A stretch of DNA of 64,000 bases from an uncultured delta proteobacterium (GTDB lineage Bacteria; Desulfobacterota; Binatia; Binatales; Binataceae). Below are positions 9,732-19,118 of this stretch, one piece after another; the stretch's first letter is position 1, and each line of letters opens with the position of its first letter. Made by a program: the position numbers and the translations under genes. The stretch is from positions 3,040,001-3,104,000 of the forward strand of contig CAWJET010000001.1 of NCBI GenBank assembly GCA_963842085.1, given 5' to 3'. The notes beneath the pieces are model-generated. The model was not told where the DNA came from, made no database searches, and saw nothing but the letters and a program-made list of their open reading frames with translations.

Positions 9732-12154
9732 CGCGCAGTTTCCCGCGAGGCTTCCATGAGATGCCATAGCCGGCTCGGGGTGATGGGCAATTCGTCGATC
9801 TGGATACCCAGCGGTTTCAGTGCGTCACTGACGGCGTTGGCGAGCACCGCGGGCACAGTCATCGAGCTGGCCTCGCCAAGTCCTTTCGCGCCGAGCGTGG
9901 TAAACGGCGATGGCGACTCCATGTGTGCGATCTCGATGGTCGGGGCCTCGCTGGCAGTAGGGACCAGGTAGTCCATAAAGCTGCCGGTCAGCAACTGGCC
10001 TTGCTCATCATAGACGAGCTCTTCGTAAAGCGCTCCGCCCAGTCCGTGTAGCGCGCCGCCGTAAATTTGGCCTTTCACGATCATGGGATTGATGATGGTC
10101 CCGGCGTCGTGCACCGTCGCGTACCGCAAAATCTTGATCGCCGCGGTTTCAGGATCAATTTCCACCGCCATCACTTCCGCGATGAAGCCGTAGGTGTTCG
10201 ACGCATTTACCCGGTCCTGCAGGTCGGGCGCCTTTGACTCGGGGAACGCGAACACCGCCGTCGCTTCGAGCGACGGCTCCATTCCTTTTGGGAACGAATC
10301 CGGGTTCCAGTGCGCCTGCCCGGCCAGCTCTCGCAGCGAAAGTGGGCGGCCTTGGCCCGATTGCGTGCGCACCATGCCGGCGCTGTAGTTCAGGCTCTCT
10401 CTGGGAACTTCCATCAGGCGGGAAGCGTAGTCTATGAGCTTCTCTTTGAGTTTCCGTGCGGCCAGCGCCGCGGCGCTGGTGCCGACGGATGCGAAGCGGC
10501 TCGAGTAGGTGCCCGATGACACACTCCACAGCCTGGTGAAGGTGTCCATGTCGTCGATCACCGCAATCTCCTCCGGAGCGATCGCCAGTTCGTCGGCGAC
10601 CACTTGCGCTACCACCGTCCGATGGCCCTGGCCCTGAGGTGCGGAGCCCATGACCACCGTCACCTTGCCGAGCGGACCGACTTTGACTGTCGCCGACTCG
10701 AGCGCCCCAGACTTGGGATGATAATCGGGACGGCCGCGCACTTCGGGATCGAGTGCCACCGTTATGTAGCCCATGTTCGATACGGATGGATCGACGGCTA
10801 CCGCGAGGCCGATCCCAAACAGCCGCCCCTGGGTGCGTGCGCGAACCTGCTCCTCCCGCAATTCATCGTAACGTGCGGTCTCGATCGCCTTTTCGAATGC
10901 CAGTGGGTAATTGCCGGAATCGTACAGTCCGCCGGTCGGTGTGCGATATGGGAATTCGTCGGCTTGGATGAAATTCCGTCGCCGCACTTCCGCCGGATCC
11001 ATCGCGAGCTTCTCCGCCAGCAGGTCAACCATACGCTCCATTTCAAAGTACAGGTGCCCGCACCCGTATCCCCGGTTCGGCCCGGTCAGACTCTTGTTCG
11101 TCATGACCACCGAAGCGTCCGCCTCAAGATTCTGGAATCGGTACGGGCCAACCCAGTTGCTGATCGGGCGGAACGCGCATCCGGGCTCGGGGCTGCGTAT
11201 ATAGGCGCCGACGTTGTCGAGCCATCGCGAGCGCATCGCCAGGATCGTCCCGTCCTTGCGCGCCGCAAGTTCCCTGTACGCGATGCGGTCGGTCCCGCTC
11301 GAAGATGCCATCAGATGCTCGCGTCGATCTTCGAGCCAGCGGACCGGGACTCCCGTGTTCATTGCTGCCAGGCCAATCAGCGCGATGTAAGGGTAGACAC
11401 CGGTCTTGATCCCGAAGCTGCCACCGATGTCAGGCGGAGCTACGAAGCGCAACCGGTTCTCGGCAAGATTGAGCGCGCGCGCCACAATCGAGTGCATTAC
11501 GAACGGGCCCATGAAATTCGACCACACGCTGAGCACCCCGGTGGTCGGTTCATAGGACGCAATCACGCCGTAGGTTTCAATCGGTGTAGAAGAGTACTTC
11601 GGAAAGCGGAAGCGCCCGCGGATCACGACATCGGCCTCCAAGAAGGCGCGCTCGGGATCGCCGTAACGCAGCTTGCGATGACACGCCAGGTTGGAGCCAA
11701 CTGCCTCGTGAAGCAGCGGCGCACCGGACTGCAGCGCAAGCTCCGGATCCACCACCGCCTCGAGCGGTTCATATTCAACCTCGATGAGATCCAGCGCGTC
11801 TTCGGCCAAATAGCGGTCTCGTGCCACTACTACGGCTACTGGTTCGCCGACATAGCGGACCTTGTCGACCGCCATGCAGTAGTACTTGACGGAAGCTTCC
11901 ACGCCGACCGCGAAGGGACCTGTCAGGCGGGCGGCGTCGGCACCGGTTACGATTCCCAGTACGCCCGGCGCGCGCAATGCTTGCGCAGTATCAACGTTGC
12001 GAATCCGCGCGTGTGCGTGCGGGCTTCGCAAAATCGCGGCGTGACACAAGTTCGAAAAGGGAAGGTCGGCCACAAACGAGCCGCACCCCGTCAGGAGGGT
12101 TGGGTCCTCCGTTCGCTTGAGCGGCTGGCCTACCCAATTCTGCGAAGCCATCAA
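9728..12154 (-). CDS. hmfA: Mo-hydroxylase large subunit resembling 2-furoyl-CoA dehydrogenase HmfA
   Basis: XDH-family motifs (DIGGSFGIK, PNRGYG loop, PQGQGH, SGTYSSRFA, GAKGLGE), WSNFMGPF and VDPSVSNMGYIT as recalled for HmfA-type proteins. Adjacent to an hmfE-like gene. Confidence 0.7.
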   Translation of the reverse strand: MMASQNWVGQPLKRTEDPTLLTGCGSFVADLPFSNLCHAAILRSPHAHARIRNVDTAQALRAPGVLGIVTGADAARLTGPFAVGVEASVKYYCMAVDKVRYVGEPVAVVVARDRYLAEDALDLIEVEYEPLEAVVDPELALQSGAPLLHEAVGSNLACHRKLRYGDPERAFLEADVVIRGRFRFPKYSSTPIETYGVIASYEPTTGVLSVWSNFMGPFVMHSIVARALNLAENRLRFVAPPDIGGSFGIKTGVYPYIALIGLAAMNTGVPVRWLEDRREHLMASSSGTDRIAYRELAARKDGTILAMRSRWLDNVGAYIRSPEPGCAFRPISNWVGPYRFQNLEADASVVMTNKSLTGPNRGYGCGHLYFEMERMVDLLAEKLAMDPAEVRRRNFIQADEFPYRTPTGGLYDSGNYPLAFEKAIETARYDELREEQVRARTQGRLFGIGLAVAVDPSVSNMGYITVALDPEVRGRPDYHPKSGALESATVKVGPLGKVTVVMGSAPQGQGHRTVVAQVVADELAIAPEEIAVIDDMDTFTRLWSVSSGTYSSRFASVGTSAAALAARKLKEKLIDYASRLMEVPRESLNYSAGMVRTQSGQGRPLSLRELAGQAHWNPDSFPKGMEPSLEATAVFAFPESKAPDLQDRVNASNTYGFIAEVMAVEIDPETAAIKILRYATVHDAGTIINPMIVKGQIYGGALHGLGGALYEELVYDEQGQLLTGSFMDYLVPTASEAPTIEIAHMESPSPFTTLGAKGLGEASSMTVPAVLANAVSDALKPLGIQIDELPITPSRLWHLMEASRETAR

Positions 12155-12960
12155 CGCCCCTCAAACTTGGGCTTGCGCCGTTGCTTGAAAGACTCGACGC
12201 CCTCAGCGAAATCGTAGGTGCCGCGCAGCCGGCCGTAAGCTTGGCCCTCGAGCTCTATTCCAGCGTGCAACGTGGCGTCCTGCGCGGCGTTGATCACGCT
12301 CTTGGCAGTTCGCTGAGCAAGCGGCGAGAAAAACTTGAGTTCCTCGACCAGGCTCGCGACCGCCCCATCGAGTTGGTCGTCCGGAACCACCGATACCGCG
12401 ATGCCCCAAGCGAATGCTTCCTCACCCGAGATCCGCCGCGAGCGCATCACGATGTCCTTTGCGCGACCGATGCCGATCATGTGGAGCAGACGAGCCGACC
12501 CGCCTGAACCGGGAATCATCCCGATCCGCTGCTCCGGGAAGCCCAGCAAGGCTGACTGCGTGACGATTCGGAAATCGCACGCGAGCGCCAGTTCAAACGC
12601 AACTCCAAAGCAGTAGCCGCGAATAGCCCCGATCACCGGCTTGTGGCAACGCTCGGGAGCGGCCACGTTTCGCGCAAGCTCGGAGAGCCGCTCGGGGGTC
12701 TGGGTCATGAAACCGGGGATATCGCCGCCGCTGGAAAAGTTCTCGCCCGCTCCGCGGAGCACTATCACGCGCAACGCGGGATCGCCGTCCAGCTCGGCAA
12801 AGACCGCGGAGAGCTGGTCGCGCTGCCTCATCGTTATTACGTTCAAGGGCGGATTTTCGAGCACGATGTCGGCCCTTTGTTTTTCCGCGTCGATTTCCAC
12901 GCGAAAGCCGTCCAGGGACTCGAGCAGCTCCGGCAGTGTCGTTGAAAATCGTTGAGCCAC
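12151..12960 (-). CDS. hmfE: Enoyl-CoA hydratase/crotonase-family protein resembling 2-oxoglutaroyl-CoA hydrolase HmfE
   Basis: LDGFRVEIDAEKQRADIVL, FSSGGDI, NVAAPERC, GYCFGVAFELALACDFR, IPGSGGSARL, KDIVMRSRRISG and FSPLAQRTAK match the recalled HmfE pattern. Confidence 0.75.
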   Translation of the reverse strand: MAQRFSTTLPELLESLDGFRVEIDAEKQRADIVLENPPLNVITMRQRDQLSAVFAELDGDPALRVIVLRGAGENFSSGGDIPGFMTQTPERLSELARNVAAPERCHKPVIGAIRGYCFGVAFELALACDFRIVTQSALLGFPEQRIGMIPGSGGSARLLHMIGIGRAKDIVMRSRRISGEEAFAWGIAVSVVPDDQLDGAVASLVEELKFFSPLAQRTAKSVINAAQDATLHAGIELEGQAYGRLRGTYDFAEGVESFKQRRKPKFEGR

Positions 12961-13146
12961 GGCTTTTCTCACCTCCGTCTGCGGTTCACGTCTCGCCGTT
13001 GGCGGCCCCCCACCGATGTAAGACTGCTGTTCAGTGCGAGTCTGAATCAGGATTCAAAATGGAAATACCGCTTGAACCGGAATTTCCGCTTTGACTTAAG
13101 AGCGGCAAATGAAAGCGTCGCGCTTCGACGCTTTTCGATTGCCTGA

Positions 13147-13497
13147 CTACCCTAGCGCACCCCACTTTTTCCAAGTGTCCATGGGTCCGTGATCGGGAGT
13201 CGTCATCTTCTGATAGTTCGGGCTAGTAGGATTGTTGCACCATCCCAGCCCGGTGACAGTAATCGTCTTTCCGTCCGATGAGATTCGTCGCGGCCCGCCC
13301 CAGAATTCGCAGGTACCACAGTGTTTGCTCATTCCGGTCGACATCACATAGCCGTCCGCTTCGCCGTGACCCATCGCCCCCATGGACTCCTGCCCCCGCG
13401 CAATCGAACCCAGGGTTGCCGAGGCGAGTACGGATCCGACAACCACGGCTGTGCTCTTGACCAGGAAGCCTCTGCGATTCACATTGACTTCGTTCAT
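13147..13497 (-). CDS. Tat-exported small Cys protein, HiPIP-like
   Basis: GGAGG RBS, twin-arginine signal NRRGFL, and HCGTCEFW...GWC...W..W. Confidence 0.65.
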   Translation of the reverse strand: MNEVNVNRRGFLVKSTAVVVGSVLASATLGSIARGQESMGAMGHGEADGYVMSTGMSKHCGTCEFWGGPRRISSDGKTITVTGLGWCNNPTSPNYQKMTTPDHGPMDTWKKWGALG

Positions 13498-13603
13498 TTT
13501 CTCTTCCTCCATTGTCGTCGCGTGGGCGACTATATTACTGTTAGCGCGAAACTTAAAGTGAAGACCGGCTGCCAAGCCGCGTTGGAAAGCCTCAGAAGAG
13601 GAA

Positions 13604-14317
13604 ATGATCGCGACGGTGAAAACGTCGGAGTCTGGCACGTCCGCCCGGGTCGTCCTCGAATACTCGCGCGAACGCCGCCGACTGGAGACGGTCGGCGTCG
13701 CCATCGTCGTCATACTCGCGGCCATGAACGCCACGAAAGTCGTTTTCACGATTCACGAGCACCGCGCCGTGCCTTGGCCGTGGCTTGCGGTTCTAGGCGG
13801 ATGGCTCGCAGCGGACTTTGTTTCCGGCTTCGTCCACTGGCTGGGCGATACCTGGGGACGCGAGGATTGGCCCCTGGTTGGCACCAGCTTGATCCGCGGC
13901 TTCCGGGAGCACCACCTGGATCCGGTGGCGATCACGAGGCACGATTTTGTCGAGACGAACGGCTCGATCTCGCTACCGCTCGTTCCCGTGTTACTGGTGG
14001 CGCTACTCGCGCCGCGCGAGGCGATGCGCGGAGGGATCGCGGTGATCTTCCTTACGATCTTCTCGATCGCGATGTTGCTCACGAATGAGATCCACAAATC
14101 GGCGCATCGCGAGAAGGTCTGCCGTCCAGTCGCATGGCTGCAGCGCGCAGGCCTGATTCTCAGCCCCGCGCACCATGCGTTGCATCACGCCGCGCCGTTC
14201 GACCGCTGCTACTGTATCAGTGCGGGTTGGTTGAACCCGCTCCTCGACGCGGCAGGCTTTTTCCGCACGCTCGAACGCTCTATCACCTTCGTCACCGGGT
14301 CCGAGCCTCGCAGCTAG
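13604..14317 (+). CDS. carF: CarF/TMEM189 (Kua, PEDS1)-family lipid desaturase
   Basis: DFVSGFVHWLGDTWG, FREHH.DP, NEIHKSAH, HHALHH..PF and YCISAGWLN His motifs. Confidence 0.85.
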   Translation: MIATVKTSESGTSARVVLEYSRERRRLETVGVAIVVILAAMNATKVVFTIHEHRAVPWPWLAVLGGWLAADFVSGFVHWLGDTWGREDWPLVGTSLIRGFREHHLDPVAITRHDFVETNGSISLPLVPVLLVALLAPREAMRGGIAVIFLTIFSIAMLLTNEIHKSAHREKVCRPVAWLQRAGLILSPAHHALHHAAPFDRCYCISAGWLNPLLDAAGFFRTLERSITFVTGSEPRS

Positions 14318-15207
14318 GCCTCGAAAGCGACGGGCTTCTCCGCGAACACGAAAACGTATTCCAGAAGTCCGCGCTGGAACAGGCGGTACGTGAAGTAATC
14401 GATCCAAAGGCTCGCCTGTGTGACCCAAAAGCCGCGGATTGCGCGCATGCGCCGCACGTTGGCGGGCTTGCGTCCTTCCTCGAAATAGCCGGGGATGGTG
14501 TTCTCGCCGGCCTCCTCGATGCGCACGTCGCGGAACCCGACTCGCTCGAGGGTCCGCGCCAGCTCGCTCGAAGTACACACATTCGCTCTTGGAACGTGCC
14601 ACATTCGTCGGACCAATTCAGCAAGCGTGACCTCCGGCCAGCGACGCGGCAGCCGCTTGGCCGTATAATCGGCGAGGCCGATGCGCCCGCCGGGCTGCAG
14701 CACGCGAAACGCCTCGCGCAGGAACTTCTCGCGCGTATTGAAGTGCTCACCGCCCTCGATGCAGATGATGTGGGTGAAGGAGAGGTCAGGAAACGGCAGC
14801 GCAATCGCGGTCCCGTGCTGGAACTCGAGACGGTTGTCGAGGTTCGCCCGGCGCGCTCGCTCGCGCGCGACCATCACGTGCTTCCACGTGACGTCGAGGC
14901 CGGTGATCGAACGGCACTCAGTTTCCTCGGCAAGGACCACGTCCTGCGCTCCCATGCCGCAAGCGACGTCTAGGAGACGACTCTGCGGACCGAGGACGAT
15001 CGATTGCGCCATGTGGCGGACAAGATTTCTCGATGCGGTGAGGTAGTCACTGGCCCCGTCCTTCCATAGACCGAAGTTCAGCATCCCGCCGTGATAATCG
15101 CCGTATGCCTCTATCCCGTGCTGATAGAATGACTCGACACTTCGTTCCTGAGATCCGCGAGGCCAGAGGAATCTTCCGCCTTGGTCCGATGGAACCGTTG
15201 TCTTCAC
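14314..15207 (-). CDS. Class I SAM-dependent methyltransferase (sterol/tocopherol/EryG-like)
   Basis: LNFGLW, motif I LLDVACGMG, LPFPDLSF, IEGGEHF and EAFRVLQPGG. Confidence 0.85.
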   Translation of the reverse strand: MKTTVPSDQGGRFLWPRGSQERSVESFYQHGIEAYGDYHGGMLNFGLWKDGASDYLTASRNLVRHMAQSIVLGPQSRLLDVACGMGAQDVVLAEETECRSITGLDVTWKHVMVARERARRANLDNRLEFQHGTAIALPFPDLSFTHIICIEGGEHFNTREKFLREAFRVLQPGGRIGLADYTAKRLPRRWPEVTLAELVRRMWHVPRANVCTSSELARTLERVGFRDVRIEEAGENTIPGYFEEGRKPANVRRMRAIRGFWVTQASLWIDYFTYRLFQRGLLEYVFVFAEKPVAFEA

Positions 15208-15333
15208 GCGTCCTCTACGGCGCCGATCATTCGCGAACGGCGCCGACCGCGCAACACACCGGAACACTCGGCCGGGGCACGTGCACGAAAGTCAGCGATC
15301 CGGGCTCGCCAAACCACCGAGTCTCTCTTCGTG

Positions 15334-15621
15334 CTACATCGCCATCGGCGCTTTCTTGCCGACGTGACCGCCCTTGGCCTCACAGGATTTGGCGTCGGCC
15401 GTGATGATGTAGCCTTTACCTGCGCACGAATTCTTGCCTTGGCAATCGTTTGTGGCTGTCTTGCACGCGCTCTGCCCTTTGCACGCATTCGCGCCCAGGC
15501 ACTTGATTTGCGCCGCCTGGGCCGACGGGCTCGGCGCGTCCGCTGCATTCACTGCGATCCCGGTGAATGCCAATGCGACCGCTGTCGCGAGCATTGCTCC
15601 TGCTACCGTCGCTGTCTTCAT
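15334..15621 (-). CDS. Sec-exported 6-Cys peptide resembling a BufA2-type bufferin precursor
   Basis: Signal peptide, then KCLGANACKGQSACKTATNDCQGKNSCAGKGY...SCEAKGG. AAGGAG RBS. Confidence 0.7.
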   Translation of the reverse strand: MKTATVAGAMLATAVALAFTGIAVNAADAPSPSAQAAQIKCLGANACKGQSACKTATNDCQGKNSCAGKGYIITADAKSCEAKGGHVGKKAPMAM

Positions 15622-16040
15622 CGCGTTAGGTCTCCTTTCGAGTTGTGCGGATCTCCGACCCCGTCAGATTTACGCACCTCCTTTCCAAACTTGAAGAGGT
15701 GAGCAAGAACCTACCGAACCTGGTGAGTCCTAAGCAAGCCCGCAGGTACGGTACTAAGGACTCCGCACCGAGCGAATAGGATACACGATTCGTTGCCATA
15801 TCCTCGCCGAGGAGATGGATGATGCGTTCGCCGATGCGAATGCCGAGGACTGCGTGCGGCTCTGGCGCCGCAAGCGCGAGACCGCGATTAGGATGGCTTT
15901 GCCATCGCTGGAGCATTTCCCAATCACCCGAACCTTCGCGATCGACGTCGAGCGTTCCATAGGCCCTAGCTTTTGCCTCGGATTCAGAGTTTTAAATCGT
16001 TAGGAACAGGCCTGATTCCACGACTTGGAGATTGGGAGAC

Positions 16041-16604
16041 GTGAAAAGAACGTTGCTCTATATAATCATGTTGACTGCCGCCGAAGTGATCGGCGCGTTG
16101 ATGGTGACACTCTTCGCTCTGCCATCGATGAACTGGAGCGCGACGAATAGGCCCGGTACGCTTGAAACCAGAATTGCAAATTATGCAATCTCGCACTGGG
16201 TGCGCCGGAACGCCAACAATCAGTCAAATCCGTTGCCGGACACTTCTGAAAATCTAAAAACGGCAAAGGCCGAATTCAGCGAGCACTGCGCGACATGCCA
16301 CGGACTGGACGGCAGCGGCGCAAACAGAATCGAAGCGGACTTTTACCCACCGGTGCCGAAACTCACCGGCAAAATTCAGTCGTGGTCTGACGCCCAAATC
16401 TACTATGTGATTGCCAACGGGATCGCATTGTCGGCAATGCCGGGGTTCTCGAAAAATCATGAATCCCAGGACATTTGGGACACTGTGCTATGGATTCGCC
16501 ACCTCGCAAAGCTCACGCCGGACGAAAGGGCTCAACTGGAAAACGAGATGAAAGCAGAATCCGAGGAGCACGAGCGTACAATGCACGGCAACGGCGAGAA
16601 CTGA
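16041..16604 (+). CDS. Membrane-anchored monoheme cytochrome c
   Basis: N-terminal TM helix, NPLP, CATCH heme motif, YPPVPKL and the axial Met in GIALSAMPGF. Confidence 0.88.
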   Translation: MKRTLLYIIMLTAAEVIGALMVTLFALPSMNWSATNRPGTLETRIANYAISHWVRRNANNQSNPLPDTSENLKTAKAEFSEHCATCHGLDGSGANRIEADFYPPVPKLTGKIQSWSDAQIYYVIANGIALSAMPGFSKNHESQDIWDTVLWIRHLAKLTPDERAQLENEMKAESEEHERTMHGNGEN

Positions 16605-16780
16605 TTACGATCCACGCTGCTCCCCGGCCAGTCTCTCTGAGCGGCGGCATGCGCGTTCTAGCAGGTTGCGGAAAAAGGGTTTTTGACTCCTGATGACATT
16701 GATCCAAGACGCATTCTCGTGATCGTAGTAATGCTTACTCTTCGCCGAAATCGTCTTTCATTGAGTTTTTCCGCAACCTG

Positions 16781-17683
16781 CTAGGCGCGGTACGCTTTGA
16801 ACTCAGATTTTAAGAAGTCGACCAGGCTCTTCGTCTTCGCGGCAAGGTAATTTCGATGCGGAAAGACTGCTGCGATGACTCCCTTCTTGAGTTGCCAATC
16901 TCGCAGCACCTGCACAAGGCGCCCGGCCTTTAGTTCCCGCTTCACGGCGTAGTCGGGTAATAAGCCGATGCCGGCGCCCAGCATAACCAGCTCGCACGCC
17001 GCGATGCCGGTGTTGGTCTTGATCGACGGACGCAGCCGCACGGTGCGCCGCCGGCCGTCGTGATGCTGCATGGTAATCCGCTCGGGATGGGGAAGCTGCG
17101 AAATGCTTATCCATGGATGATCGATCAAATGTTCCGGCTCCTTGGGCTGTGCTCGCTTCGAGAAATACTTCGGTGCGCCGCACACAATCATTTCGAGCGG
17201 TGCGAGCGCAATCGCATGCAACCGGCTATCCACTAGCCAGCCGGCCCGCAGGGCGAGGTCGAAGCCTTCCTCGACAATGTTCACAATCGAGTCTTCCAGG
17301 ACCAGGTCGAAGTCGACTCCTGGGTTGAGCTCCCTGAACTTGCCCAGCGCAGGCAGGAGAAAAGTGAGGCCCAGATTGTAAGGCGCGGTGAGTCGAATGG
17401 TGCCGCGAGGCTGCGTCTTGTGTTCGTCGATGTCAAAGTGAGCCGCCTCCGCTTCGTGAACGACGCGAAGACAGGGCTCATAGAACCTTTGGCCTTCCTC
17501 GGTCAGGGACAACGAACGCGTGCTGCGGTTAAGCAGGCGCGTTCCAAGGCTTTGCTCGAGCGCCTGAACGTGGTGGCTGACAACTGATTTTCCCAACCCG
17601 AGCGCGACCGAGGCAGCCGAAAAGGAACCGCATTCGACTACCTTGGCAAAGATCGCCATGCGGTAGAGATCTTTCAGCATCAT
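16781..17683 (-). CDS. LysR-family regulator (CrgA/DmlR-like), divergent from the isoGHI-like operon
   Basis: FAKVVECGSFSAA...LEQSLGTRLLNRSTRSLSLTEEG, PRGTIRLTAP and NIVEEGFDLALR. Confidence 0.93.
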   Translation of the reverse strand: MMLKDLYRMAIFAKVVECGSFSAASVALGLGKSVVSHHVQALEQSLGTRLLNRSTRSLSLTEEGQRFYEPCLRVVHEAEAAHFDIDEHKTQPRGTIRLTAPYNLGLTFLLPALGKFRELNPGVDFDLVLEDSIVNIVEEGFDLALRAGWLVDSRLHAIALAPLEMIVCGAPKYFSKRAQPKEPEHLIDHPWISISQLPHPERITMQHHDGRRRTVRLRPSIKTNTGIAACELVMLGAGIGLLPDYAVKRELKAGRLVQVLRDWQLKKGVIAAVFPHRNYLAAKTKSLVDFLKSEFKAYRA

Positions 17684-17840
17684 TGTCCAATATTATCGCA
17701 CAGAGTTTATTGAGCAACGATATTGTCCTCTTGCACCGAACTGCCTAGATTACTTGGCCACAGACCCTTTCGCGGTTGTGGAATTGGTCGAACCTCGAAG
17801 GGTAAGTTCGCTCAGCTTCAATCGCGGCTGGAGGAGCACG

Positions 17841-19070
17841 ATGCGCGGACCTCTGGATGGTTATCGAATTCTCGATACCACCACCATGCTGTCCGGTCCT
17901 TGGGCGACGATGATCCTGGCGGACCAGGGCGCCGATGTAATCAAGATCGAGGCGCCCGAGCGTGGCGATCACGTCCGCCATCTCGGCAACCGCCGCGGGG
18001 GGATGTCCGCGATGTTCCTGAACATCAATCGCAACAAGCGCTCGGTCGCGATTGACCTCAAGACCCGGGACGGAGTCGCGTTGCTGAAGCGAATCGCTAT
18101 CAGTGCCGACGTCTTCGTGCAGAACTTCCGGCCGGGAGTCGTTGAACGGCTCGGGATTGGAGAGCGTGACCTTCGCAAAGTCGCGCCTGAAATCATCTAC
18201 GTCTCGATCAGCGGTTTCGGCGAAAACGGGCCTTGGGCTCATAAGCCCGCCTACGATCCGATCATACAGGCGCTGTCGGGTCTTACCACTGTCCAGGGCG
18301 GCTCCGACGCCGAGCGCCCGCGTCTGATTCGCACCGTGTTGGCGGACAAGCTCAGCGCAGTGGTTGCGTCACAAGCGATTACCGCCGCGCTGGTCGCGCG
18401 AGAGCGAACTGGTAAGGGGCAGCACGTCAGGGTCTCGATGCTGGACGCGATGCTCTACTTCCTTTGGGCGTCGGACATGAGCATGCAGACCTACCCGGAT
18501 AATCGTCAGGGGTCTCAAGCGGCGGCGAGCTTCATCGATCTCATTTACGAGACCAGAGACGGTTACATGACCGTAGCGGTAATGAGCGACAAGGAATGGG
18601 CCGGGCTGACCCGCGCGCTGGAGCGCCGTGAATGGCTCGACGATCCGCGGTTCGCAACACCCGTCGCGCGCGACAAAAATGTCGACGAGCGCCTGCACCT
18701 GACCCAGGAAGTGCTGCGCACGCGCACCACCGCCGAATGGATGGAACGCCTCGAGGCTCAGGACGTGCCGTGTGCGCCCGTGTTGACCCGCGACGCAGTG
18801 ACCCGACATCCGCAAGTAATTGCCAGCGACATCGTGGTCGAGCTCGATCACCCAGCTGCCGGGCGTCTCAGGCAAACCCGCGCCCCGGCACGATTCGACA
18901 AGACGCCAGCCTCGATTCGGTTTGGCGCGCCACAGCTCGGCCAGCACACGCGCGAAGTTCTAACCGAGCTTGGGCTGACCGCCCCGGAGGTTCGTGATCT
19001 GGAACTCAAAGGAGTAATCGGCGTCGCCGAGGCGTTAACAAATTCCGAGACCACTACGACTGCGGATTAG
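17841..19070 (+). CDS. isoG: Family III CoA-transferase, IsoG/StyG-like
   Basis: CaiB fold motifs plus QALSGLTTVQGGSD.ERPRLIRTVL.DKL, FLWASDM and SFIDLIYET.DGY, as recalled for Rhodococcus IsoG. First gene of a G-H-I run. Confidence 0.75.
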   Translation: MRGPLDGYRILDTTTMLSGPWATMILADQGADVIKIEAPERGDHVRHLGNRRGGMSAMFLNINRNKRSVAIDLKTRDGVALLKRIAISADVFVQNFRPGVVERLGIGERDLRKVAPEIIYVSISGFGENGPWAHKPAYDPIIQALSGLTTVQGGSDAERPRLIRTVLADKLSAVVASQAITAALVARERTGKGQHVRVSMLDAMLYFLWASDMSMQTYPDNRQGSQAAASFIDLIYETRDGYMTVAVMSDKEWAGLTRALERREWLDDPRFATPVARDKNVDERLHLTQEVLRTRTTAEWMERLEAQDVPCAPVLTRDAVTRHPQVIASDIVVELDHPAAGRLRQTRAPARFDKTPASIRFGAPQLGQHTREVLTELGLTAPEVRDLELKGVIGVAEALTNSETTTTAD

Positions 19071-19118
19071 AGTCCGCGGCCCACGGGCCGGTCGGAACGA
19101 GCGTGAGGAGGAACGCCA

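Noticed and set aside
10604-12217. 537-aa plus-strand ORF (likewise 34319-35464, 41410-42690, 50120-51169 and other long antisense ORFs)
   Set aside because: These are shadow frames opposite well-supported high-GC genes, with no motifs or RBS.
15626-16003. Short ORFs and a possible ECF promoter upstream of the bufferin-like gene
   Set aside because: No recognisable protein motifs, and the GTAAAT...CCGCA match is too weak to call.
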